Source: Polyangiaceae bacterium
GTDB taxonomy: Bacteria > Myxococcota_A > Polyangia > Polyangiales > Polyangiaceae
Length of the DNA: 64,000 nucleotides
Direction of reading: 5' to 3'
Assembly: GCA_044222475.1 (NCBI GenBank)
Contig: JBGANF010000027.1
Location: forward strand, 1 to 64,000
The first letter of the stretch is position 1. Each line of letters starts with the position of its first letter. Below are positions 9,851 to 19,282 of the stretch, one piece after another. The notes beneath the pieces were generated by a model that did not search any database, had not been told where the DNA came from, and saw only the letters and a list, made by a program, of their open reading frames with translations. Both the position numbers and the translations under genes were made by a program.

Positions 9851-10684
9851 ATGAGCACCGATCCGCGCGCCGTCCTCCGTGACGCTGGGCTCAGGCCGAA
9901 GAAGAGCTTCGGCCAGAACTTCCTCGTCGCGCCGGGCATCGCGGAGCAGATCGCGATCGCGTGCGTGCCGGAGCCCGAGGTGGGACGAGCGACGGTGGTC
10001 GAGATCGGCGCGGGAACCGGCGCGCTCACCGCGCTCCTCGCGGCGCGGTCGAAACACGTCGTCGCGATCGAGCGCGATCGCGACCTCGCCCCGATCCTGC
10101 GGGCGCGCTTCGCCGACACGAACGTCGAGATCCGGGAAGACGACGCGCAGACCATGGACTACGCGGGGCTCCTCGACGGCACGGCGCCGCCGCGCGTGCT
10201 CTGCGGCAACCTCCCCTACCAGCTCACCGGGCGGCTCTTGTCGCTCGCGACCGAGCACGCCGGACGGATCGAGCGCGCGGTGTTCATGGTCCAGGCCGAG
10301 GTTGCCGACCGCGTCCTCGCGGAGCCGCGGACGAAGGACTACGGCGCGCTGACGATCTTCGTCCGCGCCGCGTTCGTGCCGGCAAGGGCGCTCCGGGTGC
10401 ACGCCGGCGCGTTCTACCCGCCGCCGAACGTCGACAGTGCGGTCGTCGTTCTGGTCCCCAGGTCGGATCGGATCGTCGAGAGCGACGCGTTTCGCGCAGT
10501 CGTCAAAGGCGCCTTCGCCCAGCGCCGGAAGCAGCTCCGCAACGCGTGGCGCGCCGTCGCGCCGATGCCGGTACTCGAAGCCGCGGCAGCGGCGGCCGGA
10601 GTCACGCTCGACGCGCGAGGCGAAGAGCTCGGCACCGAACAATTCGCGCGAGCCGCCGAGGTCGTCGCCTCGGCTGGTCGTTAG
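9851..10684 (+). CDS. rsmA: 16S rRNA m6(2)A dimethyltransferase RsmA/KsgA
   Basis: PKKSFGQNFL, VVEIGAGTGALT, GNLPYQ, MVQAEVADR, FYPPPNVDSAVV, FAQRRKQLRN; ATG at 9851. Confidence 0.96.
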   Translation: MSTDPRAVLRDAGLRPKKSFGQNFLVAPGIAEQIAIACVPEPEVGRATVVEIGAGTGALTALLAARSKHVVAIERDRDLAPILRARFADTNVEIREDDAQTMDYAGLLDGTAPPRVLCGNLPYQLTGRLLSLATEHAGRIERAVFMVQAEVADRVLAEPRTKDYGALTIFVRAAFVPARALRVHAGAFYPPPNVDSAVVVLVPRSDRIVESDAFRAVVKGAFAQRRKQLRNAWRAVAPMPVLEAAAAAAGVTLDARGEELGTEQFARAAEVVASAGR

Positions 10685-13600
10685 CGGCGATCTCCGCCGC
10701 CGTACGGTTTACCAAGTTGGGACAACGCGGTGATGGCGTCGCGGCGGTCGGGTGAGCTCGTCGGAGCGATGGCGAGGAACTTCTCGTAGAAGGCGATGGC
10801 CTCGTCGCGGCGGCCGCTCCGGCGGAGCGACTCGGCGGCGTAGAATTCGGCGTCGCCGAGCCACGGCGTCCGCCCTTCGAGCTTCGCGGCTTCGGTCGCG
10901 GCGTAGGTGAGGTGCTTGGCCGCCTCGGCCGAGTTCCCGTGCTGGAAGAGGAGCTTGCCGTAGCGGTACCGCCAGTAGGGCACGCGGTCGTTCGCGGCGA
11001 TCGCCTTCTGCCACTCGGCGACGGCGTTGCCCTCGTCGTTCTTGTCTTCGTAGCACTCGGCCATCGTCGCGTGCGCCTCGACGCGGTTCGGCTTCAGCTC
11101 GAGCGCGCGCTTGAGATCCTTCAGCGCGTCTTCGACGAGACCTTTCTTCCGCTCGGTCACCGCGCGCTGCCAGTACGCGTCCGCGAGGAGCTTGTCGATC
11201 GCGAGCGCCTTCTCGATCTCGGTCTCGGCCAGGCCGAGCTGCACCGGGTTCGCCTCGTTCGCCGCCCACGCGAGGTAGAGGTGGTACTCGGCGCGGTTGG
11301 GATCGAGCTCGACCGCGTGCTTGAGGTAGCGAGCGGCGTCTTGCATGCTCGCGCCGCCCTTCGAGAGGAGCGCGCGCCCCAGGTAGTGGTTCGCTTCGGC
11401 GCTCTGCGGGCGCTTGTCGAGGACCTTCTTCAGCATCGGGAGCGCGTCGTCGGGGCGACCGATCGCCACGTACGCTGCGCCGACGCGCAAGGTGAGATCG
11501 GCGTCGTCGGGCGCCTTCGCGAGCGCGTTCTTGAACTGCTCGAGCGCCTTCTCGACCTCGCCAGACTGTTCGTACAGGAGCCCGCGCTCGAGCGCGAGGC
11601 CGGGGTAGTCCTTGTCGGCGGCGAGGACCTTGTCGAACTCGATCGCCGACTCGTCCATGCGGCGCATGCGGCGCAAGGTGATCGCGAGCTGGAAGCGCGT
11701 GGACAAGTCCTGGGGGTCGAGCTCGATCGCGTTGCGGAAATGGACGACCGCGCTGTCGAAGCGGCCTTGCTCCGCGTCGTACCCGCCGAGCGCGCGCTGC
11801 ATCTCGACCGAGTCCGGCAGCTTGAGCTTCATGTCGTCGAGCTTGGCGTCCGCTTCCTTCGCGCGATCGGCGGCCGCGAGGAAGCTCGCGAACGCGACGT
11901 AGGCCATGACACCGTCGGTTCCATCGGACGGCTGAACGAGATCGATCGACTCGGCCAGGGCCTTCTCCGCGCCGGCCCGGTTGCCGAGCGCCATCTCGAC
12001 GATGCCGAGGGTGTAGGCGAGTCGCATCGATTTCGGAGCGACCACACGCGCCGCGGTGATCTGATCCTTCGCCTCTTTGAGCCTCTCGAGCTTCACCTTC
12101 GTCAGCGCATCGAGCGCGATGACGCGCTCGTCGCTCGGAGCCTTCGAGAGAGCGGTGTCGAGACGCGTGAGCGCTTCCGTGTACCGTCCGTCGTCGAAGT
12201 AGACGTGACCAAGGCCGTACAGCGCGTTCACGTTGTTCGGATCGGACTGGATGGCTGCCTCGAACGAGGCGCGCGCTTCGCCGCCGCGACCGCGCGACGC
12301 CTGGATCCCACCGCGGAGCGCGAGCGCATTCGCGTACTCTTCGGTCGACGCGAGCGCCTTCCCGGGGCCCTCGATGATCGTAGCGAGGTCGGCGAGTGCG
12401 CCCTTCTCGTCACGCGCGGCGATCTCGATCGCCGCGCGGAGGAAGAGCGCACCGGAGTGGTTCGGCGTCGCGGCGAGCGTCGCTGCGATCTCGGTCTTGG
12501 CCGAGTCGTTCTGCTTCAGTCCGACGTACGCGAGGGCGAGGCCGTAGTGCGCGCGCGCGGTCGGAGCGAGCTTGATGGCGGTGTCGAACGCGGTCTTCGC
12601 GCCCGCGTAGTCGCGCAGCGCGATGGCGACGAAGCCGCGGAGCTCGGCGATGTCGCGCTGGATCGGATCGCCGACGTCTCGCTTGGCGACGCCATCGAGG
12701 CCCTTCGCCGCTTTGTCGAAGTTTCCGGCCGCCGCGTCTTGCGCCGCGAGCGCGGCGGCGAGGTACTTCACATCCGGCTCGTCCTTGACGTCGCTCAGGA
12801 ACGCCTTCGCGCGCGAGTCGCGCTGCGGGTCGGCGCCGAAGCGCTGCTCGTACGCGAACGTCGTGAACGCGGCGTACGCCGAGAGTGACTTCGCTCGCGG
12901 CGTGCGAGCGCGCGCGGCGAAGATGTCGTCGACCGCGCCGCGGCCATCGACCACGGTGTCCTTGCCCATGCGATCGCGGGCTGCGGCGGCACTCGTGGAC
13001 GTCGCCTTGGCGTACTCGTCGGCGCGAAGCTTGTCGCCGATGGTGAGGTAGCCGAACGCGCCGTGCTTGGTGAGCTGAAGCGCGCCGCCGCCGGCCACTA
13101 GAAGAGCGAGGACCACGAGGAAGACACGCGGAGCCTTCGAGGGAGCCTTCTCTTCGGTGTGGCGCGGACGCGAGCCGGGCATCGCAGTCGGGAGCGAGAG
13201 CTCGACGGCGGCCGGAGATCCCGAGGTGCGATCTTTCGTGCCCGGCAACGACGCTTCCGCCGGTGGCAGGCGGACGGCGGGCGCCTCCATCGTGGGGATG
13301 CCGGCCTCTTCGCCGCCACGCCCGCCGTCGCCGCCGCCGAGATCGAGCTCACCGAACGCGAGCGCGTTCCCTTCCCCCTTCGCGGCGGGTGGCGGCTCGG
13401 GCGGCGGGGCTTCGGCCGGAGGCGGAGCGGAGATCACGCCGCCGAGCAGGTCGTCGGCTTCCTCGCCGATGTGGCTCGAGGCCGAGCTGGCGCTGCCGCT
13501 CGAGAGATCGATCTCGCCGAATCCGCCGGCGGGCTCGGGCGCCGGAGCTGCGGGCGGGGAGCTCGCGAGGGGACCGTCGAGGTCGAGCTCGCCGAATCCG

Positions 13601-15057
13601 GACATGCTGATCTCGGCGGAAGGTCGGCCTGCGGGAGGCGGTTGCACCGACGGCGGGATCGACTGCAGCCCGAGATCGAGCTCGTCGCCGTGCATCGCTG
13701 CGGGGAGCGATTGCTGCGGCGCGGGAAACGATTGTTGCGCCGCAGGGAGCGATTGTTGCGGTGCGGGAAGCGCGTTCGCGGCGGTGGGCAACACGTCGGC
13801 GACGGCAGGGAGAGCGCTACCCAGCGTCGGGAGATCGAGCTCGCCGAAGGCGCTGTCGTCGATGGGCTTGGGCGGCGGCGGCTTCTTCGGTGGAGTGACG
13901 TCGAGCTCGAAGCTCGGGCCCGAAGCGGGATCGATGTTGCCGAGATCGATCTCGAAGCCACCGCTGAGCTTGCGCGCCGGGAGGTTGGCGGCGGGCGCGG
14001 GGAGGTTGCCTTGCGCGGGCGCGGGGAGGTTGGCTTGCACGGGCGCGGGGAGGTTCGCCTGTACGGGCGCGGGGAGGTTGGCTTGCGCGGCCTGCGCGCG
14101 CGCAGGGAGCGCGGCGCCACCTGGCGCGGGGAGACCGACGGACGCAGTCGCCGGGAGATCGAGCCCGAGATCGATGTCGCCGAACGCGGGAGCGTTCTTG
14201 GGCGGCGCGGCCGGGGCCGGCGCCGGGGCTTTCGGCGGAGGACCGCCGCGCGCTGCCGGCAAGTCGTCGAGCTTGCCGAGCGCCGCGGGGAAGTGAGAAG
14301 CCGGGTCGCCCGCTCCTCCGGGATCGGGCATCGCGGGCAGATCCCACTCGCCACCTTCGATGGACTCTTTCGGGGCGGCAGCGGGCGCCGGCTTCGGTGG
14401 CGCGACACGCGCCGCCGGAAGGTCGATGTCCGGCACGTTCGACGGCGGCGCGACCTTCGGGGCGGGAGGCGCCGCGGCAGGCGGCTTCGCGACCGGCGCG
14501 GCGACGGGCGGCTTCGCGACCGGCGCGGCGGGCGGCTTGGCGACGGGTGCGGGTGGTCCAGGCCGCGGCGCGGCCCGCGGCGGAGCAGGCCGCGCGGCCG
14601 GAAGGTCGGGGTCGGGGGCGGGCCCGGGATCGGGCAAGGCGGGACGCGCGACCGGCGCGACCGGCGCGACCGGGTCGGAGAGACCGAGCTTGGTCGCGCC
14701 GAACTTCGGCGGAGCAGGCTTGGCAGCAGGTGCCGCCGGCTTCGGCGGCGGCGCCTTGATGGGTGTGCGAGCGGCGGGAAGATCGTCGGCGCCGTCGTGG
14801 CTGGGCGCCGGCGGCTTGACGCCCGACTTCGCCTCGGCGGTCGCGATGGCCTTGCGAACGGCGTCCTCGTTGCCCTCGACCATCGTCATCTGGGGCGTCT
14901 TCGGCGGCGCGGCGTTGGGGAGCGGCGCGGTGCCCGACAGGGTCACGAGGAACGTGGTGCCGCACTTCGGACACCGCATCTTCAGGCCCTGCGGCGGCAC
15001 GCGGCGCTCGTCCACCTGGTACGGCGCCTTGCACGACTCGCAAGCGATTCGGAGCAT
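10681..15057 (-). CDS. Zinc-ribbon (MJ0042-type) / Pro-rich / single TM / TPR-repeat protein
   Basis: N-terminal CESC...CPKC finger, ~600 aa Pro/Ala-rich linker, TM (VFLVVLALLVAGGGAL), ~700 aa of TPR repeats. Confidence 0.85.
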   Translation of the reverse strand: MLRIACESCKAPYQVDERRVPPQGLKMRCPKCGTTFLVTLSGTAPLPNAAPPKTPQMTMVEGNEDAVRKAIATAEAKSGVKPPAPSHDGADDLPAARTPIKAPPPKPAAPAAKPAPPKFGATKLGLSDPVAPVAPVARPALPDPGPAPDPDLPAARPAPPRAAPRPGPPAPVAKPPAAPVAKPPVAAPVAKPPAAAPPAPKVAPPSNVPDIDLPAARVAPPKPAPAAAPKESIEGGEWDLPAMPDPGGAGDPASHFPAALGKLDDLPAARGGPPPKAPAPAPAAPPKNAPAFGDIDLGLDLPATASVGLPAPGGAALPARAQAAQANLPAPVQANLPAPVQANLPAPAQGNLPAPAANLPARKLSGGFEIDLGNIDPASGPSFELDVTPPKKPPPPKPIDDSAFGELDLPTLGSALPAVADVLPTAANALPAPQQSLPAAQQSFPAPQQSLPAAMHGDELDLGLQSIPPSVQPPPAGRPSAEISMSGFGELDLDGPLASSPPAAPAPEPAGGFGEIDLSSGSASSASSHIGEEADDLLGGVISAPPPAEAPPPEPPPAAKGEGNALAFGELDLGGGDGGRGGEEAGIPTMEAPAVRLPPAEASLPGTKDRTSGSPAAVELSLPTAMPGSRPRHTEEKAPSKAPRVFLVVLALLVAGGGALQLTKHGAFGYLTIGDKLRADEYAKATSTSAAAARDRMGKDTVVDGRGAVDDIFAARARTPRAKSLSAYAAFTTFAYEQRFGADPQRDSRAKAFLSDVKDEPDVKYLAAALAAQDAAAGNFDKAAKGLDGVAKRDVGDPIQRDIAELRGFVAIALRDYAGAKTAFDTAIKLAPTARAHYGLALAYVGLKQNDSAKTEIAATLAATPNHSGALFLRAAIEIAARDEKGALADLATIIEGPGKALASTEEYANALALRGGIQASRGRGGEARASFEAAIQSDPNNVNALYGLGHVYFDDGRYTEALTRLDTALSKAPSDERVIALDALTKVKLERLKEAKDQITAARVVAPKSMRLAYTLGIVEMALGNRAGAEKALAESIDLVQPSDGTDGVMAYVAFASFLAAADRAKEADAKLDDMKLKLPDSVEMQRALGGYDAEQGRFDSAVVHFRNAIELDPQDLSTRFQLAITLRRMRRMDESAIEFDKVLAADKDYPGLALERGLLYEQSGEVEKALEQFKNALAKAPDDADLTLRVGAAYVAIGRPDDALPMLKKVLDKRPQSAEANHYLGRALLSKGGASMQDAARYLKHAVELDPNRAEYHLYLAWAANEANPVQLGLAETEIEKALAIDKLLADAYWQRAVTERKKGLVEDALKDLKRALELKPNRVEAHATMAECYEDKNDEGNAVAEWQKAIAANDRVPYWRYRYGKLLFQHGNSAEAAKHLTYAATEAAKLEGRTPWLGDAEFYAAESLRRSGRRDEAIAFYEKFLAIAPTSSPDRRDAITALSQLGKPYGGGDRR
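13976..14090 (-). repeat. Intragenic ~24 bp tandem repeat encoding (ANLPAPVQ)-like units x5
   Basis: Repeated gggcgcggggaggtt on the + strand; protein QANLPAPVQANLPAPVQANLPAPAQGNLPAPAANLPA. Confidence 0.85.
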
Positions 15058-15155
15058 CCCGTCGTTTTCCCGTCTCCGAAGCCGGCGGCCGGCTCGTCGG
15101 AGTCCCCAAGGGTACCACAGGTGTCCGTCGCGACTGCCAAATCGGTGGAAGATGG

Positions 15156-16112
15156 ATGCTAAAGGCCTCCCCCGTGCGCGCGAGGTCGAAGGAGCGGCTC
15201 AGCTCGAGCTCGAGTCCGAGCCCTTGGCTGCTCATGGCGACCGCGGCGGCGCTCTTCAGCGTGATGAACTTCGTCGCGCACCGCAGCAGCGCGAGCACGC
15301 ACTGGACGTGGGTGGCCGCGACCCGCGCGGTCGTCGGGGCCATCGTCGGCATCGGAGTCGCGCGCGTCCGCGGGCGCCCAGCGTTCGTTCGTCCTTCGCC
15401 CATCATGTGGCTCCGCAGCGTGCTGGGAACCGTCGCGATGGGCTGCACCTTCTTCGCGCTCGGCCGGCGCGAGCTCCCGCTCGGAGACGCGACGACACTC
15501 CTCAACCTCACGCCGCTCATCCTCGCGCTGCTCGCGCCGTTGGTGCTCCGCGAGCGTTCCGGGCGCGGGGTCTGGGGTCCCCTCGCGTTGTCGGCCGCCG
15601 GGGTGCTCCTCATCGTGCGTCCCAGCTTCCTCTTTGGCGGCGCCGATTCGATCCCGACCGCCGCCGCGATCCCGGCGATGGTCGCGCTCGTGGGCTCGAC
15701 GTTCTCGGCGTTCGCGATGATGTCGCTCCGGCGCGCGAGCAAGGGTGACGTCGCCGAGGCGATCGTCGTCCATTTCTCGCTCTTCGGCGCGGTGACGCTC
15801 GGCGGCGCCGCCTTCGTGCTGAACGCGCCCCCGCCGCCGCCGGCGCAGCTACCGTGGCTCCTCGTCGCGGGCGCGTGCGGTGGCCTCGCGCAGGTCGCGA
15901 TGACGACCGCGTACGCGCGCGCCCCTGCTGCCCGCCTCAGCGGCGTCGGCTACCTCGCCGTCCCGTTCAGCGCCGTGCTCGGGGCAATCGCCCTCGGCGA
16001 AGTGCCGACGCGATGGACGGTCGTCGGCATGGTGCTCGTCGTCGCCGGCGGGGTGCTCCTCGCGCGCGCAGGTGCCGCACCCGCGGATTCGACGCGACCG
16101 GAGACGAACTAG
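15156..16112 (+). CDS. DMT/EamA family transporter
   Basis: About 10 TMs, LPLGDATTLLNLTPLILALLAPLVLRE and LGAIALGEVP. Start may be ATG 15234. Confidence 0.88.
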   Translation: MLKASPVRARSKERLSSSSSPSPWLLMATAAALFSVMNFVAHRSSASTHWTWVAATRAVVGAIVGIGVARVRGRPAFVRPSPIMWLRSVLGTVAMGCTFFALGRRELPLGDATTLLNLTPLILALLAPLVLRERSGRGVWGPLALSAAGVLLIVRPSFLFGGADSIPTAAAIPAMVALVGSTFSAFAMMSLRRASKGDVAEAIVVHFSLFGAVTLGGAAFVLNAPPPPPAQLPWLLVAGACGGLAQVAMTTAYARAPAARLSGVGYLAVPFSAVLGAIALGEVPTRWTVVGMVLVVAGGVLLARAGAAPADSTRPETN

Positions 16113-16129
16113 CGCTAGAGTCCTCTGCC

Positions 16130-17659
16130 ATGCGTCGCTTCGCCTTTCTCGGCCTCGTCGGCCTCGTCGCGCTCGCCTGTTCGAGCGAGCCCACCCCGGA
16201 GAACCTCGACTTCCCCAAGACGTTCCTCTTCGGGACGGCGGTCGCGGGGTTCCAAGTGGACATGGGCTGTCCGTCGAACCCTCCCGGATGCACCGACCCG
16301 AACAGCGACTGGTACACCTGGGTGACGAAGCCGGAGCTCGTCGCCGACCCTGCGACGTTCGTCAAAGGCGACCCGATCACCCAGAGCCCAGGGTTCTACG
16401 AGCTGTACCCGCAGGACATGGACCGCGCGAAGAGCGAGCTCCACAACAACGCGCTGCGTGTGTCGATCGAGTGGAGCCGCATCTTCCCGACCGCGACCGA
16501 CGCGATCGACGATCCGACCGCGCTGAAGGCAGCGGCGAGCGCCGAGGGAGTCGCGTTCTACCATGCGATGTTCGCGGCGATGAAGGCGCGCGGGCTGCGG
16601 CCGCTCGTCACGCTGAACCACTACTCGCTCCCGACGTGGATCCACGACGCGTACGCGTGTCACGTCGACATCGCGACGTGCAAGGACAAGGGCTGGGTCG
16701 ACCACGATCGCATCCTCAAGGAGATCGCGAAGTACGCGGGCTTCTGCGGGCGCGAGTTCGGCGCCGACGTCGACGACTGGGCGACGCTGAACGAGCCGTT
16801 CACCGCAGTCGTCGTCGCGGGCTTCTTGTTGCCCACTGCGTCGCGCACGAATCCGCCGGGCGTCCAGCTCAAGATCCCCGAAGCGAAGGCGGCGGGGAAC
16901 ACGATGATGGAAGCTCACGCGAAGATGTACGACGCGGTGAAGGCGAACGACAAAGTGTCCGCATGGGGCGGCCCCGCGGCGCGCGTCGGCCTCGTCTACA
17001 ACATCGAGCCGATCCAGCCGGGCGATCCGACCGATCCGATCGACGTCGAAGCGGCGAAGAACCTCTCCTACCTCCTCAACGACGTCTTCCTGAACGCGAC
17101 GATCAAGGGCGACGTCGACGTGAACCTCGACGGGAAGACCGTCCATCGCGACGACATGGCGGGTCGCATGGACTTCGTCGGCATCAACTACTACGCGCGC
17201 ATCGTGTCGAAGGCGGCAGCGCCGCTGTTCCCCACCCTGACGCCGCTCCTCGCCGTGTCGATCGCGTCGTTCACCAACCCCGACTACGCGTACCCGAAAG
17301 GGATCTACGACTCGATCAACCTCGTGAAGAAGTACGGCGTGCCGATGCTCATCTCGGAGACCGGCGTCGACAACGCGGCCGGCGGCGATCCCGCGTCGCC
17401 GTGGATCGTGCAGACGCTGACGTGGGTGAAGCGCGCGATGGCGGAGGGGGCTCCGGTCGAGGGCTACTTCTACTGGACCCTCATGGACAACTACGAGTGG
17501 AACCACGGCATGTCGTTCAAGATGGGCATGTACGCGGTGGACGGGACCGACCCGACGAAGAAGCGCACCGCGCGGCCGCAGGTCGCGGTCTACGGTCGCA
17601 TCGCCGAGGGCGCGAAGATCCCCGACGACTTGTCGACGAAGTATCCCGCCCCGCGATGA
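16130..17659 (+). CDS. Glycoside hydrolase family 1, lipoprotein
   Basis: MRRFAFLGLVGLVALAC lipobox; FPKTFLFGTA, RVSIEWSRIFP, TLNHY, TLNEP (acid/base), GINYY, ISETG (nucleophile), WTLMDNYEW. Confidence 0.92.
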   Translation: MRRFAFLGLVGLVALACSSEPTPENLDFPKTFLFGTAVAGFQVDMGCPSNPPGCTDPNSDWYTWVTKPELVADPATFVKGDPITQSPGFYELYPQDMDRAKSELHNNALRVSIEWSRIFPTATDAIDDPTALKAAASAEGVAFYHAMFAAMKARGLRPLVTLNHYSLPTWIHDAYACHVDIATCKDKGWVDHDRILKEIAKYAGFCGREFGADVDDWATLNEPFTAVVVAGFLLPTASRTNPPGVQLKIPEAKAAGNTMMEAHAKMYDAVKANDKVSAWGGPAARVGLVYNIEPIQPGDPTDPIDVEAAKNLSYLLNDVFLNATIKGDVDVNLDGKTVHRDDMAGRMDFVGINYYARIVSKAAAPLFPTLTPLLAVSIASFTNPDYAYPKGIYDSINLVKKYGVPMLISETGVDNAAGGDPASPWIVQTLTWVKRAMAEGAPVEGYFYWTLMDNYEWNHGMSFKMGMYAVDGTDPTKKRTARPQVAVYGRIAEGAKIPDDLSTKYPAPR

Positions 17660-18546
17660 CCCGAGCGCAGCTGCTCGAGCTCCTCGCTCGCGATGCGCTG
17701 CTCGGGCGAGTGCTCGCGCGCGCACGCGAAGACGCGGCGCACGATCCGGCGCACGACGTGGACCACCTCCTGCGGGTCGCGGTCGCGACGATGAGCCTCG
17801 ACCCGTCGCTCGATCGCACCGAGGCGATCTGCGCAGCGCTGCTGCACGACGTCGTGAACCTCCCCAAGGATCACCCCGAACGCGCGCTCGCGAGCAAGCG
17901 GTCGGCGGACGAGGCGCGTCGAGCTCTCGCCGGCGCGCTGTCGAGCGAGGCGATCGAGCGCATCGCGATGGCGATCGAGGACCACTCCTTCAGCGCTGGG
18001 CGCGTGCCGCGGTCGCCGCTGGGCGAGGCGCTTCAAGACGCGGACCGATTGGAGGCGCTCGGCGCGCTCGGGATCGCGCGCACGTTCTCGACGGGCGTAC
18101 GCATGAACGCGCGCTACTTCGACCCGGAGGATCCGTGGGCCGAGCGGAGGGCGCTCGACGACAAGGCGTTCTCGGTGGACCACTTCTTCACGAAGCTCCT
18201 GCGCCTGCCGGAGACGTTTCGTACCAACCTGGGACGACTGGAGGCGGAGAGGCGAGTCGCCATCATGCGGACGTTCCTCGACGCCCTGGGAGACGAGATC
18301 GGCACGCCGCGACCGACACCGTCCGAAGCGGACCGCGTGATCGCCGCGCTGCGCGAGGGGAAGTCCGCCCAGGTGGGAGGCGGCCGGTGCTTCTCGACCT
18401 ACGCGATCCGGGACGGTCAGCCGATGATGATCACCTCCGACGACGGCTTCACCGAGGACGTCCCCATCACCGAGGAGCGGCTGCGCGAGGTCATCGCGAC
18501 CCATCGTTCGCTGTTTCTCGACTACCTGCGGATGTGGGCGCGCTGA
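17656..18546 (+). CDS. HD-domain metal-dependent phosphohydrolase with C-terminal extension
   Basis: AHDVDHLLRV, ALLHDV, HSFS, LQDADRLEALGALGIAR, HFFTKLL; ATG overlaps the GH1 stop (ATGA). Confidence 0.88.
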   Translation: MTRAQLLELLARDALLGRVLARAREDAAHDPAHDVDHLLRVAVATMSLDPSLDRTEAICAALLHDVVNLPKDHPERALASKRSADEARRALAGALSSEAIERIAMAIEDHSFSAGRVPRSPLGEALQDADRLEALGALGIARTFSTGVRMNARYFDPEDPWAERRALDDKAFSVDHFFTKLLRLPETFRTNLGRLEAERRVAIMRTFLDALGDEIGTPRPTPSEADRVIAALREGKSAQVGGGRCFSTYAIRDGQPMMITSDDGFTEDVPITEERLREVIATHRSLFLDYLRMWAR

Positions 18547-18550
18547 TCGA

Positions 18551-19276
18551 CTACTGATCGCCGTCCATCGACAGGACCAGCGCGTTTCCGGTCTTCGTCC
18601 ACGCCGGGCCTTCGGTCTTCTCGGGCGCTCGCGCGAGGTCGACCCATTTCGCGAGCCGCTTCAGCCCGTCGAAGAGCTCCTTGCGGCAGTCGTCGAGCCA
18701 ATCGAACGACGGCTCGACGAGCAGCTTCGGCGGCAACGCATCGATGCGCGCCTTCGTCACGCCGCGGAGCTCGACCGCGACGGCGCGCAGCGTCGCATCG
18801 TCGAGCACCGTCCACACCGGCCAGTCGACCTTGCCCTTCGAGCCCGACCACGGGAACGCGAGGTTCGTGCTCGCCCACGTCTTCGCGAGCTTGGGCATCT
18901 TCAGGGCGCGGAGGATCGGGTTCCAGCGCCCGTGACTGTCGTTCGGAACGGCATACGTCAGCTGAAGAAGAATCTCCGAGCTCGGCCCGCGCGTGAGCGG
19001 ACGAGCGGCGTGATTCAACAGCAGCTCGAGCACGCGCGCGTAGCCGTAACCTCCTTGGCGATCGAGCTTGCCGGAGAGGATCGCGCCGACGAGCTCCTCG
19101 CTCGTGGCCTTGCCCTCGGCTTCCTCACCGTCGCCGAGCGTCATGAAGACGTCGCTTCGACACGCCGCGTTCGCACGACTCTTCAGGACGTCCTTCGCCG
19201 ACCAACGCTTCGAGCCGACGAGCCCGAGCAGCTTCTTCGGTGACACCTTCCACCCGCGGACGAATCGCTCCGACAT
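18551..19276 (-). CDS. Hypothetical protein (241 aa)
   Basis: Normal coding composition; starts 6 nt after the stop of the Gly-rich gene; no recognised motif. Confidence 0.7.
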   Translation of the reverse strand: MSERFVRGWKVSPKKLLGLVGSKRWSAKDVLKSRANAACRSDVFMTLGDGEEAEGKATSEELVGAILSGKLDRQGGYGYARVLELLLNHAARPLTRGPSSEILLQLTYAVPNDSHGRWNPILRALKMPKLAKTWASTNLAFPWSGSKGKVDWPVWTVLDDATLRAVAVELRGVTKARIDALPPKLLVEPSFDWLDDCRKELFDGLKRLAKWVDLARAPEKTEGPAWTKTGNALVLSMDGDQ

Positions 19277-19282
19277 GGCGCC

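Noticed and set aside
10912..15162. Long plus-strand ORFs (658, 667, 379 aa and others)
   Set aside because: Antisense shadows of the TPR gene, expected at ~70% GC. The same applies to most overlapping ORFs in the track.
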